From positions 1-55,354 of the forward strand of contig JAWXBZ010000045.1 in the NCBI GenBank assembly GCA_034440375.1: a stretch of DNA of 55,354 bases, written 5' to 3'. Both the position numbers and the translations under genes were made by a program. Numbering within the stretch: position 1 is the stretch's first letter; each line of letters starts with the position of its first letter. Below the pieces are notes generated by a model. That model did no database searches and was not told the origin of the DNA. It was given only the letters and a program-made list of their open reading frames with translations. This DNA comes from Candidatus Eiseniibacteriota bacterium. GTDB lineage: Bacteria; Eisenbacteria; RBG-16-71-46; JABDJR01; JAWXBZ01. Of the stretch, positions 27,445-37,004 are shown piece by piece.

Positions 27445-28548
27445 TCAGCTCGCGGAAATATCGTCCGCAAGGGCGGAGATATCATCCTCATCGGCGCGCC
27501 AGGGCAGAGGATCAGTGAGCCCGACCAGTCGGACCGCCAGTTCGTCATCGCCGAGCGCGTTCGGCCCGAGTGCTCGCTCGTGCGCTTCCGTCAGGAGGTC
27601 GAGGAGGCACTGGTTCCAGGGAGCGGCACGCCCGAGCCGGGCGGCCAGCGTGATGATCTCCCCGTTCATGTATTCGTTTTCCAGCCGACGCCCCGGATGA
27701 TGGAGATTCTGCCAGGTCGAATTGTGGACGCCATCAAAGGTCCCGTGCCGTGCCGCGCGGCCGGCTAGGTGCGCCAGCATGGCGGTGACATCGTCGCCGC
27801 GACCTCCGGCCGGATGAAACGCGATCCCGGCCGCCTTGAGAATTCTTGCCCCCTCGATGATGACGTTTCGCTCCAGCCGCGCCGCCGCCGGCATGGCGGA
27901 ACCATCGGCCCGGACGAGCGGCGAGACGCCGCTGAAAAGATTGACCACCAACTTCAGTCCCTTGTCGGCCACGATGTCCGGGGAGGCCACCGCGTCAAAT
28001 CCGGCGTTGATGAGGTCGGCGATCACCGCGTCAAGGAAAGGGTCGTCGGCGGCACGGCCATGCGGCCACCGGCCGAGAATCAGGATTCCCGGCGTGCGAA
28101 TCCGCACTTCCCCCGGTGTCAGCATCGTCGACGTCGCCCGCACGATGCCGCCGAGCAGGTCGGGAAACCAGGAATGCGCGCTGGCCTCGGCGCGGATGCC
28201 GTTCTGCCAGGTGACCGTGGGTGTTCCGGCACCGAGTGCCGCACTGGCCAGCGGCAACGCCGACTGGAGATCGCCCGCCTTCATGGTGAGCAGGAGGCGG
28301 ATGTTCGGTCCGGGCGTGATCTCGTCGATGCGGGTGACCGCCTCCAGCGGCACCAGCGTCGCCGTCCCGGCGCACACGAGAGAGAGGCCTCGCTGGGCCC
28401 GGATGGCCGTCACCACGGCCGGGCGTGCCACCAGCGTCACGCGGCGGCCGGAGCGAGCCAGAATGGCCCCCATCGAGCCGCCGACCGCCCCGGCCCCATG
28501 AATGACATAGTGGGGAGGTGTGGATTGTCCGGTGTCCGATGGCATCAC
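27445..28548 (-). CDS. Ketopantoate reductase family protein (PanE/ApbA)
   Basis: GAGAVGG Rossmann motif, LTMKA, WQNGI, KLVVN and STWQ..E.EYMNGEI. Confidence 0.8.
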   Translation of the reverse strand: MMPSDTGQSTPPHYVIHGAGAVGGSMGAILARSGRRVTLVARPAVVTAIRAQRGLSLVCAGTATLVPLEAVTRIDEITPGPNIRLLLTMKAGDLQSALPLASAALGAGTPTVTWQNGIRAEASAHSWFPDLLGGIVRATSTMLTPGEVRIRTPGILILGRWPHGRAADDPFLDAVIADLINAGFDAVASPDIVADKGLKLVVNLFSGVSPLVRADGSAMPAAARLERNVIIEGARILKAAGIAFHPAGGRGDDVTAMLAHLAGRAARHGTFDGVHNSTWQNLHHPGRRLENEYMNGEIITLAARLGRAAPWNQCLLDLLTEAHERALGPNALGDDELAVRLVGLTDPLPWRADEDDISALADDISAS

Positions 28549-30293
28549 GCGCGGGCCTTCCCCGGTGATTGAAGTTCAGCCGACCGTCGACGGGATTGCC
28601 GTGCGAGCCCGAGAAAGCGCCAATGAAGGAGCGGGTTCCGCCGAAACGCCGACTGATAAAAAGCGGCGAGATTTTGATGGTAACCGGTCTGGTTCGGCTC
28701 AAGGCGCGCCGCCTCGCGCATCGCATGAATGGCCTCGTCTCGCCGGCCAATTTGATGAAGCGCCACGCCCAGACCGCACCAGGCTTCATGTCGACGCGGG
28801 TCAAGCCGCACGGCCGTGTCGAATCGAAGCAGGGCCTCACCGGGGCGTCCCGCATTCAATTCGGTCAGGCCGGCCAGGTGTTCGACACCGGCAATCGAAA
28901 GGTCTGATCGGCAGGCCAGGGCCTCTGCATAGCAGCGGGCGGCCTCCGAGGGGCGCGTGGCGAGATCCAGATCGCCCAGTCCGCGCCAGCCGAAGGGCGA
29001 GCCGGAATCCTCTTCCGTCATGGCGAGGAGGTCGCGACGCGCGGCATCGGCATTGCCGGATCGGGCGAGGAGGAGCGCCGCCGCTTCGCGCGCTTCGTCA
29101 AATCGATCAGCGCACCGGAGGGCCCTTTTGTAGGCCGCCTTCGCCCGGTCGAAGTCGCCATTGGTCTCGGCAACGCGTCCGAGATGGAACCAACCGACCG
29201 GGTCGCCAGGCCACTGAGCAACCGCCGCTTCGAGTTCTACCAGCGCGGCCGCGTGCTCACCCGATTGGAGGAGCGAACTTGCCAGGAGCGACCGGAGAGA
29301 GCGATCGTCCGGCCAACGCTGGCAGCCGGGGCGAAGGACAAGGGTGGCATGGGCCGGACGGTTGTCGGCGCGAAGTACCCGGGCCAGCATGAGGAGAGCC
29401 GGGCGGGAATCAGGCGCCATCGTCCGGGCCAGCTCGGCCGTGCGTTGCGCCTCCGGATGATCGCCGGCTCGGAGGGCCAGCTCCGCCAGGACAAGCCATC
29501 CGTCCGTGGCCTGGCGATCCAGGCGTGTGCTCCGGTCGGCCAGTGTCCTGGCAAACTCCGCCTGCCCGGAATCCAGGGCGGCCCGTGCGGCCAGCTCCAG
29601 GATTGGTGCATCCAGCGGATAATTGGCGGCGAGTTCGGCCACGGCCGCAGCGCGATCTGCCGTTTGGGAGCCCTCGAGGACACACGACTGGACTCGACCC
29701 AGGTGCCCGGCGCGCGCCATCAGTGTTGCGCGATCACCCGCCGCTACTGCCGGCCCGAACAGTCGCTGAAAAGTTCGGGCTTCCATCGAGTCATCCATCG
29801 CGCTCAATGCAGCACGGGCGCCATCCATTTCTCCGGACGCGGCCAGTGCCAGAACGAGTTCTCGCCCGACTTCGACTGATCCCGGGGATCGCTCGAGCGC
29901 GGCGCGGAATGCCAGGGCCGCCGCATCCCACCGGTGATCGAGCAGGGCGGCCCGACCGGCGGCAAAATGCCCGGCAGGGCGCAGGGGATGGGCCGCCACC
30001 AACTTGTCGGCAAGGTGCCGGGCCATCGCGGAGTTGCCGATCGCAAGATATCGTTCCAGCGCCTGAAAGTCCGGCCAGTCGCGCCGAAATCGGTGAAGTT
30101 GTTCCCGGGCAATCAAGTCGAGCGGTGGCAGGAGATCCGCCGGATCAGGAGAGCCGAGATACCGGGCCAGTTCGTCGAGCCGGACCAACGGCGGTCGGGT
30201 TGTTTCGACCTGATGGAATCGAAATGGCACCGCGGACGGCAGGTCGTAGAATGTGGCCATGGCCTGCGGGAGTGGGACGATCGGGTGGGTCAT
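28545..30293 (-). CDS. TPR-repeat protein
   Basis: Repeated TPR signatures (GWFHLGR...AYKRAL; AWCGLGVAL...AARLEP; YHQNLA). Confidence 0.75.
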   Translation of the reverse strand: MTHPIVPLPQAMATFYDLPSAVPFRFHQVETTRPPLVRLDELARYLGSPDPADLLPPLDLIAREQLHRFRRDWPDFQALERYLAIGNSAMARHLADKLVAAHPLRPAGHFAAGRAALLDHRWDAAALAFRAALERSPGSVEVGRELVLALAASGEMDGARAALSAMDDSMEARTFQRLFGPAVAAGDRATLMARAGHLGRVQSCVLEGSQTADRAAAVAELAANYPLDAPILELAARAALDSGQAEFARTLADRSTRLDRQATDGWLVLAELALRAGDHPEAQRTAELARTMAPDSRPALLMLARVLRADNRPAHATLVLRPGCQRWPDDRSLRSLLASSLLQSGEHAAALVELEAAVAQWPGDPVGWFHLGRVAETNGDFDRAKAAYKRALRCADRFDEAREAAALLLARSGNADAARRDLLAMTEEDSGSPFGWRGLGDLDLATRPSEAARCYAEALACRSDLSIAGVEHLAGLTELNAGRPGEALLRFDTAVRLDPRRHEAWCGLGVALHQIGRRDEAIHAMREAARLEPNQTGYHQNLAAFYQSAFRRNPLLHWRFLGLARQSRRRSAELQSPGKARA

Positions 30294-30343
30294 CGGCTCG
30301 GAGGTCTCAGGTGGTCGTGCCGTCCAGTCGTGGACGGCTCGGC

Positions 30344-30372
30344 TTGACGCCCTTCAGGTGACGCGGTAGCGT
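30344..30372 (+). promoter_or_regulatory. Putative sigma70 promoter of the folB-panC operon
   Basis: TTGACG-17 bp-TAGCGT. Confidence 0.5.
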
Positions 30373-30477
30373 GTTCGCTGCAAATTCTGTTACTGCAACG
30401 GTTTCAGGTTTTGCCGTTCCGTCTGATTCCGGCGCGATCCGCGCCGTCGGGGCGTGAGCGGTGGCACTTTAGCAGGT

Positions 30478-30846
30478 ATGAGGCGCCTGGTGGATATGGT
30501 TCGGCTGCATGGCATCGTACTCTTCGCCCATCTCGGGGTGCATGAGGCGGAGCGTGAGGCTGGCCAAAAGATCCAGATCGATGTCGAGATGTCGGCGGAT
30601 CTGGAGGAGGCCGGCCGGCATGATGCGCTGGCTTCGACGATTGATTATCAGAAGGCCTACCGCCTGATCGAGACCACGGTGGCCGCCAGCCGTTGCCGCC
30701 TTCTGGAGGCCCTTGCCCTGACCCTGATCGATTGCCTGATGGAGGGTTTTCCGGTGAGCCGGGTGACGATTCGCGTCAAGAAACCAAACGTTCCCTTCCA
30801 GGGCACTGTCAGTGCCGTGGAAGTCGAGCTGACGCGGTCACGATGA
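30478..30846 (+). CDS. folB: Dihydroneopterin aldolase
   Basis: AHLGVHEAER..GQKI.ID, TIDY, LLEALA and KPNVP motifs. Start is ATG 30478 or GTG 30490. Confidence 0.92.
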   Translation: MRRLVDMVRLHGIVLFAHLGVHEAEREAGQKIQIDVEMSADLEEAGRHDALASTIDYQKAYRLIETTVAASRCRLLEALALTLIDCLMEGFPVSRVTIRVKKPNVPFQGTVSAVEVELTRSR

Positions 30847-31340
30847 GCCGGGCCTTCGTGGGGCTGGGATCCAACCTGGGCGACCGGGAGAAGACGATCC
30901 GAGCCGCGCTCGACCAGCTGGCCGCAATTCCCGGCACAACCCTCCGACGGGCCTCATCACTCTACAACTGCGAGGCCGAGGGTGACGCCGGGCAGCCCGC
31001 CTATTTGAATGCGGTGGCACAACTGGAGACCGACCGACCGCCGCGACAGTTGCTGTGGCACCTCTTCCTGATCGAGGCGCGTCTTGGCCGGCAACGGCGG
31101 CAGCGGTGGGCACCGCGCCCCATCGATCTCGACCTCCTCGTCTACGAGCAGCGGGTCATGGACGAACCGGATCTCATTCTCCCGCACCCCCGGATGCTCG
31201 ATCGTCCGTTCGTCCTCGTGCCGATGGAGGAGATCGATCCCGATTTCATTCATCCGGTGGCCGGCCGCCCGATCCGCCAGATTCTCCGCGAACGGAAATT
31301 TTCCGGGGGCGTCCGGTGGCTTGGACGCATCTGGCAGTGA
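30843..31340 (+). CDS. folK: HPPK (6-hydroxymethyl-7,8-dihydropterin pyrophosphokinase)
   Basis: GLGSNLGDR, YLNAV, PRPIDLDLL and LPHPRM..RPFVL motifs. Confidence 0.95.
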   Translation: MSRAFVGLGSNLGDREKTIRAALDQLAAIPGTTLRRASSLYNCEAEGDAGQPAYLNAVAQLETDRPPRQLLWHLFLIEARLGRQRRQRWAPRPIDLDLLVYEQRVMDEPDLILPHPRMLDRPFVLVPMEEIDPDFIHPVAGRPIRQILRERKFSGGVRWLGRIWQ

Positions 31341-31370
31341 GATGATGCGGCCGGGGATCGAGAGGAAGTC

Positions 31371-32018
31371 ATGCGCAATCTGAATTTCGTGGCCATTGAG
31401 GGGGTCATCGGCGTGGGCAAGACTACGTTGTCGCGACTGCTCTCCGAGCGGCTTGCCGCCCGACTGGTCCTTGAAGTGGTCGAGGAAAACCCTTTTCTGC
31501 CCGACTTCTACCGGGACATGCGGCGTTACGCGTTCCAGACCCAGCTCTTTTTTCTCCTGTCCCGCCACCGGCAGCAGAAGGACATCCAGCAGCCTGACCT
31601 TTTCCTGCCGAAGACGGTTTCGGATTACATCTTTCAGAAGGACAGGATCTTCGCCACGCTAAACCTGAGCGATAACGAACTCAAACTGTACGAGCAGATT
31701 TTTCCGATACTGGAAGAGCAGGTACCGGTGCCGGATCTGGTCGTCTATCTTCAGGCGTCGCATGATGTCCTGATGGAGAGGATCGCGCGGCGGGGCCGGG
31801 ATTTTGAGCGGGCGATGCCTCCGGAGTACATTGCGGCGCTGGGGGAGGCCTACAATTATTTTTTCTTTCATTACACGACCACGCCGCTCCTGATCGTCAA
31901 CACGAACCAGGTCGATTTCATCAACGATGCCGGCGCGGTCGAGGACCTGATCGCCCGATGTGAGCAGCACCAGGGGGGGACGGTCTATTACACGCCCCTG
32001 TCACCTTTGTCGGAATGA
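31371..32018 (+). CDS. Deoxynucleoside kinase
   Basis: IEGVIGVGKTT, ENPFLPDFY, QLFFLLSR, PDLVVYL and RGRDFE motifs. Confidence 0.92.
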   Translation: MRNLNFVAIEGVIGVGKTTLSRLLSERLAARLVLEVVEENPFLPDFYRDMRRYAFQTQLFFLLSRHRQQKDIQQPDLFLPKTVSDYIFQKDRIFATLNLSDNELKLYEQIFPILEEQVPVPDLVVYLQASHDVLMERIARRGRDFERAMPPEYIAALGEAYNYFFFHYTTTPLLIVNTNQVDFINDAGAVEDLIARCEQHQGGTVYYTPLSPLSE

Positions 32019-32028
32019 AGGCGGATCG

Positions 32029-32847
32029 ATGAGCGCGGCACGAAAGCGACTGACGGCCGCGGGTCTGCGCGGGCATAAGCGCCCGATGGCAGAACCGCTT
32101 GTCATGCTGACCGCTTACGACTTTCCGACGGCGCGCGCCCTCGACGCTGCCGGCGTGGACATTCTGCTCGTGGGCGACTCCGTCGGGATGGTCGTGCTGG
32201 GTTATGACACGACCCTGCCGGTCACCATGGAGGAGATGTTGCACCATGTCGGGGCGGTGGCCCGGGCGAAGACCCGTGCGCTCGTCGTGGCCGACATGCC
32301 CTGGATGTCGTACCACACGGGAGTTGACGATGCGGTCCGGAATGCCGGCCGTTTCATCAAGGAAGCCGGCGCCGACGCGGTAAAGCTGGAGGGTGGTATC
32401 GAACGCGTTCCGGTGGTCCTCGCCGTGGTTGCGGCGGAAATTCCAGTCATGGGGCATTTGGGTCTCACGCCGCAATCAGTCTTGCGCTTCGGCGGTTACA
32501 GGGTGCAGGGGCGGGGCGAGGCCGCGGTGGAGGCGTTGGTCGAGTCGGCCCGGGCTCTCGAGCAGGCCGGCTGTTTTTCACTCGTTCTCGAGGGAATCCC
32601 TGCGCCGGCCGCCGCGGCGATCACGGCCGCCGTTTCGATTCCGACCATCGGGATCGGTGCCGGGCCCGACACCGATGGGCAGGTCCTCGTCATCCACGAC
32701 CTCATCGGATTCGGGGGGGAGCATGTGCCCCGCTTCGTCCGACGTTACGCGGACATGACCGGGACGGTCATCGATGCCGCGCAACGCTTCGTCCTGGATG
32801 TCCGGGCGGGTCGCTACCCCGAACCCAGCGAGACTTATCCCGAGTGA
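32029..32847 (+). CDS. panB: 3-methyl-2-oxobutanoate hydroxymethyltransferase
   Basis: MLTAYD, LLVGDS, VADMP, VKLEGG, GHLGLTPQ and DGQVLV motifs. Confidence 0.97.
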   Translation: MSAARKRLTAAGLRGHKRPMAEPLVMLTAYDFPTARALDAAGVDILLVGDSVGMVVLGYDTTLPVTMEEMLHHVGAVARAKTRALVVADMPWMSYHTGVDDAVRNAGRFIKEAGADAVKLEGGIERVPVVLAVVAAEIPVMGHLGLTPQSVLRFGGYRVQGRGEAAVEALVESARALEQAGCFSLVLEGIPAPAAAAITAAVSIPTIGIGAGPDTDGQVLVIHDLIGFGGEHVPRFVRRYADMTGTVIDAAQRFVLDVRAGRYPEPSETYPE

Positions 32848-33749
32848 ATCAAGCCGGACTGAATCTGATCCGAAGAATTTCCGCCGCCCGCCGCCTCGTA
32901 GCTTCCTGGCGCGCGCGCGGAGAGTCAATCGTATTCGTCCCAACCATGGGGGCGCTGCACGTCGGCCACAAAAAACTGATCGAACGGGGCGTTGGTCCGG
33001 GACGCCGTGTGGTCGTCAGCATCTTCGTCAATCCACTTCAGTTCGGACCGAACGAGGATTTCGATGCCTATCCACGGGCGCTTCCCGCGGATGTCCAACT
33101 TTGTCGGGACGCCGGCGCCGATCTGGTTTTCGCTCCATCCGTCAATGAACTCTACCCGAAGGGGCACGCCACGATCGTGCATGTCGGCGGCCTCGACCAC
33201 TCACTCTGCGCCCCGTTCCGGCCGGGTCACTTTGACGGTGTGTCGACCATCGTGCTGAAGCTCCTGAACATCGTGCGCCCCGATCAGTTGTTGCTCGGGC
33301 AGAAGGACGCGCAGCAGGCGGCGATCGTGGGCCGGATGATCAGGGACCTGGACCTCCCGGTTCGACTCATCAAAGTTCCGACGGTGCGCGAACGCGACGG
33401 CCTGGCCATGTCGTCTCGCAACCGCTACTTGACGACCGGGGAGCGGACGGCCGCGCCGGAACTCCATCGCGCTCTCCGGGCCGCGGCGGACTGCGTGCGT
33501 GCCGGGGAGCGCCGCCCATCGATGGTGCTGTCGGTTTTTCGTCGCCGGCTGGCCGCGGCTCGTCTCTTTCGATTGCAGTATGCCGAGATCCTCGATGCCG
33601 AACGGCTCGTCCCGATGCCGAGGCTCGAGGGGCGCATCCTGATCGCCGCGGCGGCATTCCTGGGCCGCGCCCGACTGATCGATAACATCCTGATGAATGT
33701 CGGGGGGCCTGCCCCTGCGGCCGCCCGTCGCAAAGGGGGCACCACATGA
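32844..33749 (+). CDS. panC: Pantoate-beta-alanine ligase
   Basis: VPTMGALHVGH, SIFVNPLQF, RPGHFDGV, GQKDAQQ, GLAMSSRN and RLIDN motifs. Confidence 0.97.
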   Translation: MNQAGLNLIRRISAARRLVASWRARGESIVFVPTMGALHVGHKKLIERGVGPGRRVVVSIFVNPLQFGPNEDFDAYPRALPADVQLCRDAGADLVFAPSVNELYPKGHATIVHVGGLDHSLCAPFRPGHFDGVSTIVLKLLNIVRPDQLLLGQKDAQQAAIVGRMIRDLDLPVRLIKVPTVRERDGLAMSSRNRYLTTGERTAAPELHRALRAAADCVRAGERRPSMVLSVFRRRLAAARLFRLQYAEILDAERLVPMPRLEGRILIAAAAFLGRARLIDNILMNVGGPAPAAARRKGGTT

Positions 33750-34519
33750 CAGCCATTCCCGAGGGCTCGGCGGCCATCATTCTTGCCGCCGGCAAAGGCA
33801 CCCGCATGCAATCGGAATTGCCAAAAGTGGCCGTCTTGCTCGGCGGACGTCCGCTCATTCGCTACGTGCTCGATGCCACGTTCGGCGCCGGTCTCGATCG
33901 GGTCGTGGCGGTGGTCGGCTATCGGCGCGACATCGTGGCCGAGGCCATCGGCTCCCTGCCGGTTCTCCTGGCCGTTCAGGAAGAGCAGCGGGGGACCGGA
34001 CATGCCGTGATGATGGCGGCACCATTCCTTGAGGATCAATCCGGTCCGGTCGTTGTGCTGGCCGGGGACATTCCGCTGATCCGGGCCGCGACCATTGCCG
34101 AACTGCTTCGGCATCACGCAGGGACCGGTGCCGCCGTGACGGTGCTCACGGCCGATCTTTCCGATCCGTCCGGGTACGGCCGCATCGTTCGCGGCCCGGA
34201 TGGGCGCGTCCTCGCCATCGTCGAGGAAAAGGACGCCACCGCCGAGGTTCGCCTGATCCGGGAAATCAATTCCAGCATCTATGCATTCGACTGGTCGTTC
34301 CTGTCGAACGCCCTGGGCCGGTTGACCAGCCGGAACGCCCAGGGTGAGTACTATCTGACCGATACCCTCCGGATGGCGGCCCTGGACGGCCGAATCGTCG
34401 AGGCGATCAAGGTGACCGAGCCATCGGAGGTCTCGGGCGTCAATACGGTGGAGCAACTGGCTGAACTCGAAGCGGCCAGGGACCGCATGGATGGCCGGGG
34501 CGGGGAGGCAGGCCGATGA
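33746..34519 (+). CDS. Stand-alone GlmU N-terminal-like UDP-GlcNAc pyrophosphorylase (NTP transferase)
   Basis: LAAGKGTRM, GTGHAV, GDIPL, GYGRIVR, IVEEKDA and NAQGEYYLTD motifs. The protein ends after GVN with no LbH domain. Confidence 0.88.
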   Translation: MTAIPEGSAAIILAAGKGTRMQSELPKVAVLLGGRPLIRYVLDATFGAGLDRVVAVVGYRRDIVAEAIGSLPVLLAVQEEQRGTGHAVMMAAPFLEDQSGPVVVLAGDIPLIRAATIAELLRHHAGTGAAVTVLTADLSDPSGYGRIVRGPDGRVLAIVEEKDATAEVRLIREINSSIYAFDWSFLSNALGRLTSRNAQGEYYLTDTLRMAALDGRIVEAIKVTEPSEVSGVNTVEQLAELEAARDRMDGRGGEAGR

Positions 34520-35022
34520 GACGCCTCTGGGCCGGGTGGCGAATGGCCTACGTGGAACAGGCCGGGCAGGACCATCGTGGGGGGTGCCTGTTCTGCCGGC
34601 TGGCGGCGCTCAAACCTTCCGCCACGAACCTCATTATCGAAAAGAGCGAGGACTGCCTGATCATTCTGAACGCCTTTCCGTACAACTGCGGACACCTCAT
34701 GGTGGCGCCCGTCCGGCATCGTCCCTGGACGGCGTCGCTGAATCCGGCGGAGCGCACCGCCGTCTGGGACGGCATGGCCCGCTCGGAGACCGCCTTGAGA
34801 AAGGCCTATCGCCCTCATGGTATCAACGTCGGCCTCAACCTTGGCCGGCCGGCGGGCGCCGGCGTCGTCGGGCACGTTCACTTCCATCTGGTGCCGCGCT
34901 GGAACGGCGACACCAATTTCATGCCGGTCGTGGCCGGTACGAAGGTCCTCCCGGAAAGCCTCGATGTCACCTGGACCCGGTTGCGCGAGGCGCTGGCCCC
35001 GGGATCTCAACTCCGGAAATAG
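34516..35022 (+). CDS. HIT-family hydrolase (Ap4A phosphorylase-like)
   Basis: LWAGWRMAYV, CLFC, LNAFPYNCGHLMV and HVHFHLVPRW.GD.NF motifs. Confidence 0.92.
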   Translation: MRRLWAGWRMAYVEQAGQDHRGGCLFCRLAALKPSATNLIIEKSEDCLIILNAFPYNCGHLMVAPVRHRPWTASLNPAERTAVWDGMARSETALRKAYRPHGINVGLNLGRPAGAGVVGHVHFHLVPRWNGDTNFMPVVAGTKVLPESLDVTWTRLREALAPGSQLRK

Positions 35023-36821
35023 AGTTCCCGGTAGTCCTTGATCTCGGCGGACTCCTTGAGATCCTTCAGCCAGTCCTGGTAGACCTCGTTCCTCCGCTGC
35101 GAGACCAGCTGAGTCTGGATCTGTCCTTTCTGGGCGGCGAGCAGCGTTTCGTCGGCCCCTTTCTTTTCTTCGATCTTCACGACCATGACGCCACGTGTCG
35201 CATCGACCGGACCCGCAATCCCGCCGGCCTTCGTCGTGAAGACCGCGGCCATCGCTTCCGGATCGCGGCCGAGGCCGGGGATGCCCGCCGACTTCGAAAA
35301 CGGGCCAACGGTCCGGACCAGGGTTGAATCGCTGCCGGCGGCGCGCCGCCAGTCGGTGCTGTTGCGCGCCAGGGCCAGGAACGACTCGGCTTCCTTCCGG
35401 GCCATCTCGCGCTGCCGCGCCTCGGTCGTCTTCTGTCGGGCGATCTCGGCGAGGTCGGCGAAGGTGGCCTTCCCCTTTTCGCTCCGGCGATCGAGGACGA
35501 TCAGGTACCAGGCGTCGTTGGTCGTGAATACCGGCCCGACCGTGCCGACCGGAGCCTTGAAGGCCCAGCTGGCCGGACCGCTGACCGATTCCAATCCCCG
35601 GATGAATCCCGCCTCGGCAAAGGGCGGGGGCGTGGACACGGTGAGGCCGGCGGCCTGCGCCAGTTCGGCAAACTTGCCCGGCGTCAGGGTCTCGCGCAAC
35701 TGGGTCATTTTCTCCTCCAGCCCGCTCACGGTGGCGTCGCTCGGTCCGACCGGGAGCATCAGCTGGCGGAACCGGACCTTCCGAACGCCGTCCTCGATCT
35801 TGACGGAATCGATCTGGACGAGGTGCATTCCCTGGCGATCCTGGATCGGTTCGGATACGCCCCCCTCCGGCAAAGACATCACCTGTGTCTCGAGTTCCGG
35901 CGTCAGCTCGCCTGGCCCGACGAAGTGGTCCGTCAAGCCGCCGTTCTGTGCCGACGGCAATTCGGAGTAGGTCTCGGCCAGTGAGGCAAAGTTCTGGGCG
36001 GTTGAGTCGCCATTCGCCGCACGCTGGGCGATCGCGGCGAAATCCTGCAGTTGCTGCCGGAGGTCGCTGACGTCAGATTCCGTTGGCTTGCGATCCAGCT
36101 TCGCCACGCGCACGGTGGCCTGGGGAGGAAGTTGAAACTCCTCCGGGTGGGCCTTGAACCAGGCTTCGGCTTCCTGATCGGTGACCGCCGCCGGGAGGTT
36201 GTACTGGCGCAGTTCAAAGAGCCGGTAGGTCATGCGGACGGTTTCATTCCGATCCAGGAACGCCTGACGGACATCGTCATCGGATACCTGAGCCCCCTGG
36301 TAGACCATGGATTGGAGTTTTTCAACCGGAAGCGTGTCACGCAGGTAGGCTTCCAGCTGACGGGCGAAGTCCACGTTGGTCTGGATCAACGACAAATACT
36401 TCTGCCGGTCGAACTGGCCGTTCGTCTGGAAATTCGGGTTGGTGGTGAAGATGGGGGGCGGCTGCTGCAGCGCGATCTGCTTCAGTTCCTCGTCGGTGGG
36501 AGCCAGGCCCCGCTTCCGGGCTTCCTGAATCAGGAGGACCTGCTCGACGACGTTGTTCCATGACTGTTCCATGAGCAGGGCTTCATCACCCGGGCCCGGA
36601 TCGGTGCCGCGTCCCTGACGGAAACTGTCGCGGTTGGCCTGATAGACCCGGTTGAAGTACTCGAGCTGGATCGGCTCACCGTTCACGCGCCCGACGACAC
36701 CCTGGCTGACGCCGCAGCCGACCTGCTGCTCGGCTCCCCAGACAAGGACCATGAGAAACAGAAACGCGACGACGGTTATCCAGAGGATGACCTTCGTGTT
36801 CTTGCGCATCGCATCGAGCAT
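35007..36821 (-). CDS. PpiD-like membrane-anchored SurA-N/parvulin chaperone
   Basis: MLDAMRK..K.ILWI TM segment, VGRVNGEPI, GQFD..KY, FASLAETYS..SAQNGG and a terminal IKDYR. Confidence 0.85.
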   Translation of the reverse strand: MLDAMRKNTKVILWITVVAFLFLMVLVWGAEQQVGCGVSQGVVGRVNGEPIQLEYFNRVYQANRDSFRQGRGTDPGPGDEALLMEQSWNNVVEQVLLIQEARKRGLAPTDEELKQIALQQPPPIFTTNPNFQTNGQFDRQKYLSLIQTNVDFARQLEAYLRDTLPVEKLQSMVYQGAQVSDDDVRQAFLDRNETVRMTYRLFELRQYNLPAAVTDQEAEAWFKAHPEEFQLPPQATVRVAKLDRKPTESDVSDLRQQLQDFAAIAQRAANGDSTAQNFASLAETYSELPSAQNGGLTDHFVGPGELTPELETQVMSLPEGGVSEPIQDRQGMHLVQIDSVKIEDGVRKVRFRQLMLPVGPSDATVSGLEEKMTQLRETLTPGKFAELAQAAGLTVSTPPPFAEAGFIRGLESVSGPASWAFKAPVGTVGPVFTTNDAWYLIVLDRRSEKGKATFADLAEIARQKTTEARQREMARKEAESFLALARNSTDWRRAAGSDSTLVRTVGPFSKSAGIPGLGRDPEAMAAVFTTKAGGIAGPVDATRGVMVVKIEEKKGADETLLAAQKGQIQTQLVSQRRNEVYQDWLKDLKESAEIKDYRELYFRS

Positions 36822-37004
36822 GAGACGGCCACTCCCAGATAGTGGAAAGGCGGGTAATCACCGCCGGATAAGTGCATCACCAGAATGAGGCCCGAAATCA
36901 TATCATTCGGCGCGCGGGTCCGACAATCACACTTTGCCGTTGACCTGAGTGCATCCCATCGGGCAAATTGACGGCTTGCCAATCCTCTTGCCGGTAAGAG
37001 CCCG

